NCBI RefSeq assembly: GCF_039654945.1
Contig: NW_027361690.1
Coordinates: forward strand, 63,302,001 to 63,366,000
Length of the DNA: 64,000 bases
Reading direction: 5' to 3'
Source of the DNA: Dendrobates tinctorius
Lineage: Eukaryota
Shown here: one piece after another, positions 25,007 to 35,479 of the stretch
Layout: each line of letters begins with the position of its first letter
Numbering within the stretch: the stretch's first letter is position 1
The notes under the pieces: generated by a model
The model's input: the letters and a program-made list of their open reading frames with translations, nothing else
What the model was told of the DNA's origin: nothing
Database searches by the model: none
Made by a program: the position numbers and the translations under genes

Positions 25007-27866
25007 CTCTATCCACTGAGGTTCAAGTGCAGCGCACACCCCGACATGCATTTCAGAACATATCCTTCCTCAAGGTTCCTCATATTGAGTAAAGAAGCAT
25101 GGCTACATCCTAAATTGTAAATGGAAAAAGACCTAACACGCTAACACTCCATTTAACCCATATTGCTCTACAACCTCCGTTGTGAACAGGTAATTGAAGT
25201 AGGTTATCTGATGGAGAGAAGACATGAAATATGTACAAGAGGCTGGGAGGTGACACTTTTTACACTTTTTCTCTCCTGTGTAGACATGGCTTCCTATGTT
25301 CACAAGAATTAAAGGCAAACAGGACGGTAGCTGTTCAGTTATGAATATTTTTTTTTTGTGACCGGTGTATGTCTTATATTTATGGGAGACATATTTACTT
25401 ACAATACATTACTGTGTTGTCTATCTATACAAAGCTAAAATCATGATAAGAAATATGGCATTGATATCTCCCGTCTGGGACCTCTGGAGGACAGATATCT
25501 TTAAGTTCGAGGATCTTATAATTTTTGGTGCCTAAGTCATATCCCAACTATCAGCCACGATCTGAGGTCACCAAGCGGAGTGGCTTGAATCTGCTAAAAA
25601 CAGATTCTGAATTAATGCCAAGGATGATAGGGGATACAGCTTGTTGTAGGACTGCACCCATTTCCTACTTGGAGCACTCCCCTCCACAATAATCTATGTT
25701 ATTCTTGCAACATCAGGTCTAGTAAAGTTGTTTTGTTTAGTCTATTTTATTTTTATGCTATTATATACACTGTATGGTCTTGTCCCCTTTGTAATATCTT
25801 TTGCAAATGATCCCTATTTTTTAAATTAAATACATAAAGTTTAATAGCATTGTTCCTATAGCTCTATAAACAACACCCATGAAACTTTCCTTCATAACAG
25901 GCCAATTTTTTCAATTCTGACCAGTTTCAGTTTATGAAGTAATAACTCTGAAACGCTTAAACATATCCCACTGAGACTGTTTTTTTTTTAAACATATTGT
26001 ACTTCATTATAGTAGTAAAATTTGTTCGATATAACATGCTTTTATTTCTGAAAATATTGGAAATTTGGCCAAAATTTTGAAATGTTTGCAATTTTTTTTG
26101 TCAGGAAGTTAGAAGGGTTAAAAGGTGATCAGACAGTTTCTAATTTTTCCATAAAATAAGCAAAACCATTTCTTATGGTCCACCTCACATTTGAAGTGAC
26201 TTTAAGGGGCCTATATGACCGAAAATACCCAAAGGTGACACCATTCTAAAACTGCACCCCTCAAGGTGCTCAAAACCACATTCAAGAAGTTTATTAACCT
26301 TTCAGGTGCTTCACAGGGAATAATGCAATGTGGAATGAAATAAAAATAAAATGTAATGTTTTCCCACAAAAATAGGATTGCGGATACCATGTCATATTTG
26401 AAGAGCCCCTGACATGCCCAAACAGCAGAAACATCCACAAGTGGTCTATTTTGTAAACTACACCTCTTAGGCGGGAACACCCCTGCAGCTGGGGCTGCAC
26501 AGAGTGGATCCAGAAAAGCCACATGATGGGTAAGAAACCAAGGGTATGGGATGGTTTCATATGTACAGGGCTCTTTGATCTAAGCATGTAGTTTTTTGCA
26601 TTTGCCTTACCTTCCACCCTATATCTGTTGTTATCCCCTATTAGCATGATTATTATGCACTATACACTTTATTATATGATGGATGTGGTAATTTCTGGTT
26701 GGCGCACCGTTTTTCTACCTGCTTCTCCTGCTGAACATGTAATTGCTACTATTGTTGTAGTTCTGCTTGATGATTCTTTTATTTAAAAGAATTTCAGATT
26801 TTCATGCAATAAATTTCTATCTTTTTAGTCATTTCTGCACTTGGACTCCTCTTTTTCTTTTTGGTTTAAGTACCCCATAAGTTGTTGAAAGCTACTCTTG
26901 AGGCACAGTGCACAGCTCAGAGAGGAAGCTATATTACAGTGCAGATTTTGCTGTGCTGGTTTGAGGGTGCCATGTCACATTGGCAGATCTCCTGGGGTTC
27001 CAGAACAGAAGAAAACCCCATATGTGACCCCATTTGCAAACTACTCATCTCAATGAATTCATCTAGGGGTGCAGTGATCATATTAACACCATAGGTAGGT
27101 CACAAAATTTTATACCATTTGGCAGTGAAGAATAAATAATTATATTTTCACCACAAAAAAATTGTTTTAGCAACAGATTACATTTTCACACAGGAAAATG
27201 GGTATAAATTGTGCTAAAATGTGTCACACAATTTCTACTGAATGTGGCAATAGCCCATATGTGGATGTACAGTACTGCTTAGCCACACAGCGGGACTTGG
27301 GAGGGAAAGTGTTCTATTTGTCTGTTGGAGAACAAATTATTGTAGAATAGTATGCGGTCTTGATACACAAAGCCCCTAAATGCCAGAAGTGCAGAATCCC
27401 CCCTTCATTGACCCCATTTTGGAAATTACACCCCTCTGGGAATTTATCTACAGGTGCAGTGACTATTTTGACTCCAGCTCATGCTTCTGGAGACATGCAC
27501 CCATAAATTAGGTGAGCTCTCATAGCTACAGAAATGTCAAACGTGTGGTTTAGGCACACTGTGTGGCTCCGATGGGAGTGGGGCATTTGGATTTGGGAGC
27601 CAAGAATTTGTTGGATTTCGAGTGCGAGAAGCTAGAGCATTTTTACAGAGCTTTTGTACTACCAGTAACTTGGGAGCCCCCTATCTTTCCATTAACAAAT
27701 GGAAAGGGCTGGCGGAACGCACCAAATATTAAAAGATGGTAATAAGGTGCGTTCGCAGCCCGGGGTCCACCGTGCAGAGGTGGTAAACTGCTGCTCAGTA
27801 ATGGCGGACGCTATATGGCGGTATAATAGAAAAACATACGTGGGTTAGCGTCACCCGGTGTGTATA

Positions 27867-28502
27867 TGAAGAGGAGGATGAATGAACTCATGGAGATCAA
27901 CATCCGACACTGCAGAGACACCATCACGTGTTTCTCAGCGCAGTGATTCTAGAGCACTGCCCCCATCCCTTATGGGAAATATGTAAAACATGCAAAACAG
28001 AAGCCGCCGAGACACCATCACGTGTTTCTCAACGCAAGCAATGACCAGCCAGGTCTTTGCCCGGGAAGGAACAACCACGGGAAGGGCAGTCTCCAATGAA
28101 GGAAACCACCTATACCAAAACATGGTATCCATCCACATACAGCTGTTTCGGGGTATTGCCCCTCATCAGTGTGGAGTAGGAAACTGGCTGGTAGGAGCAA
28201 TGCCTAGTAAAAAGACTATGAAGAGGAGGATGAATGAACTCATGGAGATCAACATCCGACACTGTGGAGACACCATCACGTGTTTCTCAACGCAGTGATT
28301 CTAGAGCACTGCCCCCATCCCTTATGGGAAATATGTAAAACTTGCAAAACAGAAGCCGCGGAGACACCATCACGTGTTTCTCAACGCAAGCAATGACCAG
28401 CCAGGTCTTTGCCCGGGAAGGAACAACCACAGGAAGGGCAGTCTCCATTGAAGGAAACCACCTATACCAAAACATGGTATCCATCCACATACAGCTGTTT
28501 CG
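27867..28502 (-). mobile_element. Non-LTR retrozyme-like tandem (352-nt unit, about 1.8 copies)
   Basis: Period 352 (27866 vs 28218); HHR in each unit; flanked by GGTGTGTATA at 27857-66 and 28503-12. Confidence 0.85.
28132..28175 (-). ncRNA. Canonical minimal type I hammerhead ribozyme
   Basis: Minus: UCCACA-CUGAUGA-GGGG CAAUA CCCC-GAAAC AGCU GUA|UGUGGA. A 3' half copy lies at 28484-28504. Confidence 0.93.
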
Positions 28503-30565
28503 GGTGTGTATAGGGGCGGACTCTGTTGCTTCACAGAGCCACACTACCCCAGAACATAAATGCCGGAGCCTGTTTAAAGCTCACAGACATTGGCAAAGGA
28601 GCGCACAGAATGCAGTCACAGAACTCTGCCCCAAGCACACGGGGTCAGAGTCCTGCTAGACCTTCTGGGCGCGTGGTGTCGCACCTGCGGATGCCACTAT
28701 AGACGCTGACTATGGTGGAGTGTCGAGCACGTGCACCGTGGCGTGCAGAGCCAGCGGTGGACACTGATGCCAGGCTCAGACTCTGCCTCTACCTACACCT
28801 ATGCCTGGGCGCTTAACAGGCTAGGCTGCACAACACATGTGTACCAAGGGTAGGGGTTTCTTAATGAATCATTCACCATGCATGCAACACTCACTCCTCA
28901 TAGTCTGGTAATGCAGTCTATACTAGCGCATGGCCGAGTGGCCATGCAAACCTTTTATAGCAGCGTCCTTCCGGGACCTTCCTGACCTTTCTGATGGTCC
29001 AATCCGAGCTGGAGAAGGACCAGAGCATGTGACCTCCGATCGTCCCACGGGCATGCTCAGTGGACCAAAAGGAGGACTTAGTCCCTGGAGTAGCTCGCTG
29101 CTGACCAGCATGCGTTGCTATAGCTGGACCAGAGGTAGCAGCAGCTACCAAACCCACAGAGCTGGTCTGAGCAGAGTGCCGGGATCGACGAGTCTACTGA
29201 GCAGCCTCCTCTGTGGCTGGAGAGGAATGGGAAACTGCCGAATGCATGGCTCGGGATTCCTGCTGTGCAGCAACAGGGACCTGATGCCTAACAAGACCTG
29301 AGTGGAGGTTGTTTTTGTGAATTGAGTTGAAGCTTTTATTGGGAACATTTAATATAAAATTTTGGATCACATTTATCAGGCACTCTAAGATGAGCACTTA
29401 CTTTGGGATTTCCATCTAAATCTCTGAGTGAGATGATTCATATGAAATCCCCAAGGGATATATTCTCTTTGATGAGGCAGCAGAATTACTCCTTGAATCC
29501 GTCTGGCCCCTGTTCAGTGGTTTCCTTCTTTTCAGAAGTGCACAAAACTGTGTTGGATCGCACTTTTATGTAAGCCTGAAAAGATGGACACCACAGGCTC
29601 ACAGGTCCTATGGCGTCAACAGTGTCTCCATCTGCCTTATTATAGAGAATCTTCCTCTAGAGGTTTCGTCTGAATCACGTATTTCAGAAATTTACATGGA
29701 CACCCCGATGTAAGCGCTCAGCACAGAGAGCTGGAAAATTTGTGAGCCAAGCCTTACTGCAATCTTTGGGAGGCAGAATGAACAAATCAACAGTGGTTTT
29801 ATTTATTTTTTACGCTGTTCCTCAGTAGAAATGATAAGACAACTTTATTCTTTGGGTCGGTGCGATTACAGCGATACCAGATTTATATCTTTTTTTTATG
29901 TTTGGCTGCTGTTAAAAAAAAAAAAAAAAAAGCAAAAAGCATTTTTTAATGTGTAACAAAAATAAGATTTTGCATCACCATAATTATACAGCTATAATTT
30001 TTCCACATTTTCTTCCAACAGAGTCATGTGAGGGCTTGTTTTTTGTGGGACAAGTTGATATTTTTTTGGTACCATTTTCAAGCACATGATTTTTTTTAAT
30101 CAGTTTTATTTACATTTTTGTGAGACAGACTAAACTAAACAAAAACCAGCAATTTGGGAATAGTGTTTTTTTTTTTATTGCCATTCCGCATGTGGCAAAA
30201 TTGATAAAGCAGCTTTATTCTTCAGGTCAGTACTATTACAGAGATAGCACATTTTTATAGTTTTTTTTAGGTTTTGCCACTTTTGCACAATAAAAACTAT
30301 TTTGCAGGAAAAAAGAATTTTTTTTTAATCGTTTTATTCTGAAAGCTATAACTTTTTTATTTTTCCACTGCTTGAGTCGTATGGCAGCTTGTTTTTTGTG
30401 GGACAAGATGTTTTCATCGGTACCATTTTTACTTCCATTTAACTTTTGATTGCGCTTTATTCCACTTTTTGTTCGGCGGTATGATGAAAAAGCAAAGTGT
30501 TTTGCTACGTTCTTTTTTTTTTTTTTTTACAGTGTGCACAAAAGGAGTTAACTAGTGGGATAGCC

Positions 30566-30938
30566 TTAAAACTATGTGCCCACGTATGCAGAAAATTTCT
30601 GCTTCAAAACCGGACTCCTTCCCAGAAAACGCGCGTTTTATTTCCACACATTTTTTGTGCATTTTCCACGCGTTTTTAGCGCAAAAAACGCGTGTTTATG
30701 TTTTTTTTCCGCGCATCTTCTGACTCATAGGAAATAGCTAAAAATGCGGACTTTTCCACAAAATTAATGAGCATGCTGCGTTTTTACCGCAAAGCGTTTT
30801 TTTCACGGAAAAAACGCATCAATGTGCATAAAAAGTGCGGAATTCATTTATAATGATTGGGATGCTTCTTGTAAGCATTTTTTAAACGTTTTGACCAGGA
30901 CAAACGCTTCAAAAACGCTTACATGGGCACACTGTCTA
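30566..30938. mobile_element. Harbinger-like palindromic MITE
   Basis: Ends actatgtgcccacgt / acatgggcacactgt with flanking TAA; internal aaaacgc/gcgtttt repeats. Confidence 0.55.
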
Positions 30939-31000
30939 AAGGTGTTTGGGAGTTGATTTTAAGTTTACCTTCAACCAGAAATGGTCCAACTAGCTCATCT

Positions 31001-32243
31001 TTAACCCCTTCATGACCGGAGGTATTTTCTGTTTTCAGTTTTTGCTTTTTTGCTCCCCTTCTTCCCAGAACCATAACTTTTTTATTTTCCCATCAATAGG
31101 GCCATTTGAGGTCTTGTTTTTTGCGGGACGAGTTGTACTTTTGAAAGATACCATTTGTATTAGCATATGTACTGGAAAATAGGAAAAAAATTCCAAGTGC
31201 GGTGAAATTGACAAAAAAAAGTGCAGTCCCACAGTTTTTTGTTTTGCTTTTTCACTAGGTTCACTAAATGCTAAAAGTGAACTGCCATTATGATTCTCCA
31301 GGTCATAATGAGCTCGGAGACACCAAATATGCCTAGGTTCTTTTTTATTTAAGTGGTGAAAAAAAATTCCAAATTTTGTTCCAAGAAAAAATTTGCGCCA
31401 TGATTTGATACCTGTAGCATCTCCATTTTTCGTAATCTCAGGTTGGGTGAGGGCTTATTTTTTCGCTCCATTCTGACATTTTGTTATACAAATTTGGTGC
31501 ATATATGATCTTTTACTCGCCCGATATTGCATTTTAATTCATTGCTGCCGTGACCAAAAAAAACGTAGTTCTGGCATTTTGATTTTTTTTCTTGCTACGC
31601 CGTTTACCGATTTTGTTAATCCTCTGTTGATAGATCAGGCAATTCTGAATGTGATGATACCAAATATGTGTATGTTTGATTTTTTTTGTTTTATTTTGAA
31701 TGGGGCAAAAGTGGTGCGATTTGATCTTTTATATTTTATCTTTTTAAAACCTTTTTTCACTTTTGGCATGCTTCTATAGTCTCCATGAGAGACTAGACAC
31801 TGCCATAACCCGATTGTCTCTTCTACATACAGGCGATGGATAGATCACCTGTATGTACCCTGAATTATTCACTTGCTATGAGCGCCGACCACTGGGCGGC
31901 ACTCACAGCAAACCAGCAGTGACAGCCATAGAGGTCTACAGGAGACCTTTGCTTGTCATGCCAACCCACGAGGGACTTGAGAGCACGTGATGGGGGTCAC
32001 CAATGGGCTGATTTCTGGCATGGTTGACAGAAGTACATGTTAAATGACACATTTTGCGGCATTTAATCGGTTAATAGCCGCAGGTGGATTGCGATTCCAC
32101 CCGCTGCTGTTCCAGGCACAAGTCAGCTGTTGAAAACAGCTGATATGTCCCAGGAAAGATTTGGGCTCAGTGCCGGAGCCCACATCAATGGAAGGGAGTC
32201 CGACATCGGCGTACATTTATGCCCGATGTCTGAAAGGGTTTAA
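31001..32243. mobile_element. piggyBac-like MITE
   Basis: TTAA-CCCCTTC ... GAAAGGGT-TTAA. Confidence 0.75.
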
Positions 32244-32369
32244 TATCAACCCATAGCAGCACCACAACTCCACCTTATTGATGTCTGAGTCAAAGTAGAG
32301 GTCTGTGCCCGTTACTGATGGGGCCCATCCATCCAGTCCGTCAAGAGTTACTCTTATTTTGTCAGTCCA

Positions 32370-32962
32370 TAAAACTTTTGAAAGACCTGTCTTCAGATGT
32401 TTCTTGGCTTATTCTTCACGTTTTAACATGTGTCTTGTTCAATGGTGGTTTCAGCCTTCCGTACCTTGGTCCTGTCCCTGAGCAGTGAACACCTTGTATT
32501 TCTGTGCTTTACAGGGGGGTTGCAGTTCTCGAATATGAAAGTACTGGAGGATAATATTCCCTTGGTCATTTCACAGTTTAAGATTTGAGAAGAATTATGT
32601 CTGCCTTTTTCAACATGTTTTTGCAACAAAACTTTTAATGGTTTTAATGGTTTTGTAATCACGCATTTGTAAGAGTGTTGCATCGCTGTGAAAGACTTAG
32701 AAATTTTTGAATTTTCAGAGTCAGTTACGTCTTTTTTTTCGGCCCATTTTGCCTGAGGGAAACAAGCTGCTGTATAATTCCTCACACCTTGATAAAGGGT
32801 GATATCCTTAGGCCTCACCCTCTCTCATTGCATAAATACACATCACCTGATCTGCTTCATTCAATAAGCTTTCAAGTTTATCCAGCTTGGAGCTGTAAAA
32901 TCTGCATAAAAATGATATGGCTAAAATACTCACTTGCCTAAAAATTGTGAACATAATGTGTA
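32370..32962. mobile_element. Tc1/mariner remnant
   Basis: End cttgcctaaaaattgtgaacataatgtg-TA resembles amphibian Tc1 TIRs (recognised from memory). Confidence 0.4.
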
Positions 32963-34059
32963 TTAGATAGGTTTTTCCAAAAAGATACTAAAAGGGATAT
33001 TATCAAGAAGGTGCAGGGGCAGAGTTTGGGAACACAGATCCAAATGTTCATGGTGCAACCTTTATTTATTACACATCCATATGTATTTGTAAAGGGATTG
33101 TTTTAGCCCACGGTATCAGATCTATTGGGTTAATGTTGCAACATGTATGTCCATAGAAAAAAAAACATAAAATCAATGTATTCCTGTACAACGCTGTTAA
33201 TTTATTGATTTCTGTAACAAAATTCTAGTAAACACGTGTTTGTTGCTTATGAGTCACTTTTAAGACTAACGCTTGCCAGTTCTCTCTTTTATAAATGTTG
33301 ATTGCTATCAAAAAGTTTCTTCTAAGAAAGAGCAAGTTATGGGATGGTAAATCTGCCAAAGACAAATTATAGTGAAGTTAATTAGCAACAAAGTTTGCAA
33401 ATATGAAATACTTCAATCATGCCTTGAGCTCAGAAGTTCCCAAAAGCATCATAATTGCTAAAAAATTCATTACTAGATTTTGTGTTGCTTGGAGAAGTAG
33501 AACATTTCTTTCCTTTTTTGCTGAAAGTAAAACTGTTCAAAATCAATATTCATGAATTTGTTAGATCTGACACACTAGCATGTATGGATAATTAGCTTGA
33601 CCAAAAGTAAAGGAAACATAACAATTGAGAGCTTCAAGCTATATAAAAGCATTAATTTTGGAGATTTAGTGGCATGCTCGCCACTGCTCGAAACTGAATC
33701 CGAGCATCGAGGTGTTTGGATACGGTCATTAGTTTTACTCGATCAAGTATCGCGAGTACTTGAGCTCCATGCCTGAGTCTCCACTCTGCATGTTTCATGC
33801 CTGTTAGCCAATAAACATCTGGCAATTGCCCGCCATACATGGGAATGCCATAGCCATGCTGTGATTGGCCGGCCGCATTGCATCATCGGGTCCATCATGT
33901 GATTCTCGCCACACTGTCCTCAGGAAGCAGTTCAGAGAGAGTTGGTATAGGAGGGAGAGCATATTTTAAAGCGGGCATATAGTCAGGGTATATTGCCTTA
34001 CAGTCCTTCTACAGGTACACTATTGCTGCAACCTAAAGAGAACAGTCCTTTGTCAGGGC

Positions 34060-35478
34060 TACATAGTAACAAAGTTAGCAAGGCCAAAAAAAGACATTTG
34101 TCCTTCCAGTTCAGCCTAAATTCCGTCAGCATAAATCCAAAGATGTACGTCCTTCTAAAGAACCTAATAACTGTAAGATACAATATTGTTAAGCTCCAGG
34201 AAGACATCCAGGCCTCTCTTGAACTCCTTGACTGAATTCGTCATCATCACCACCTCCTCAGGCAAGGAATTCCAGATTCTCCCTGCCCTAACAGTAAAGA
34301 ATCCTCTTCTATGTTGGTGGAAAAACCATCACTTCTCTAGATGCAGAGAATGCCCCCTTGTGACCATCACATTCCTTGGAATAAACAGAGCCTCTGAGAG
34401 ATATTTGTATTGTCCCCTTATATACTTATATATGGTTATTAGATTGCCCCTCAGTCATCTTTTTTCTAGACTAAATAATCCTAATTTTGCTAATCTCTCT
34501 GGGTATTGTAATTTCCCCATCCCCTTTATTAATTTTATTGCTCTCCTTTGTACTCACTCTGCTTCCATTACATCCTTCCTGAGCACCAGTGCCCAAAACT
34601 GTACACAGTACTCCATGTGCGGTCTAACATGTATATCCAGACCTCTTTTAATGCACCCCATGATCCTATTTGCCTTGGCAGCTGCTGCCTGGCACTTGCT
34701 GCTCCAGGTAAGTTTATCATTAACTAGGATCCCCAAGTCCTTCTCCATGTCAGATTTACCTAGTGGTTTCCCGTTCAGTGTGTAATGGTGATATTGATTC
34801 CTTCTTCCCATGTGTATAACCTTACATTTAGCACTGTTAAACCACATCTGCCACCTTTCGGCCTAAGTTTCCAACTTATGCAGATCCATCAGTAGCAAAA
34901 TACTATCTTCTCTTGTATTGACTGCTTTACATAGTTTTCTATCTGCAAATATCGATATTTTACTGTGTAAACCTTCTACCAGATTGTTAATAAATATGTT
35001 AAAGAGAATAAGTCCCAACACCGACTCCTGCGGTACCCCACTGGTCACAGTGACCCAGTTATAGAATATACCATTTATAGCCACCCTCTGCTTTCTATCA
35101 CTAAGCTAGCTACTTACCCATTTACACACATTTCCCCCAGACCCAGCATTCTCATTTTGTGTAACAACCTCTTGTGTGACACGGTATCAAATGCTTTGGA
35201 AAAATCAAGATATACCACATCCAATGACTCACCTTGGTCCAGTTTATAGCTTACCTCTTCATAAAAACTGATTAGATTGGTTTGACAGGAGCAATTCCTC
35301 ATAAACCCATGCTGATATGGTGTTAAACAGTTATTCTCATTGAGATAATCTAGAATAACATCCCTCAGAAACCCTTCAAATAATTTACTGACTGTAGAGG
35401 TTAGACTTACTGGCTTGTAATTTTGAGGTTCACTTTTAGAGCCCTTTTTGAATATTGGTACCACATTTGCTATACGCT
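34060..35478 (-). mobile_element. CR1 LINE (different subfamily), 5'-truncated
   Basis: Minus ORFs: [41 protein letters not shown]. ttactatg tail. Confidence 0.9.
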
Positions 35479-35479
35479 A

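Larger units (their letters stand above)
27700..29275. mobile_element. Probable solo LTR hosting the retrozyme insertion
   Basis: GC-rich block tg...gcagcaaca interrupting the piggyBac-like element. No clear TSD. Confidence 0.4.
25880..30560. mobile_element. Old piggyBac-like non-autonomous element with several nested insertions
   Basis: Homology to 600-1135 and to 4600-5220 in reverse complement; interrupted by an LTR, a retrozyme and a MITE. Boundaries approximate. Confidence 0.55.

Noticed and set aside
27935-28659. Short duplicated ORFs in the 352-bp repeat
   Set aside because: No protein resemblance, and they are not preserved in the 401-nt relative; conservation is at the RNA-structure level.
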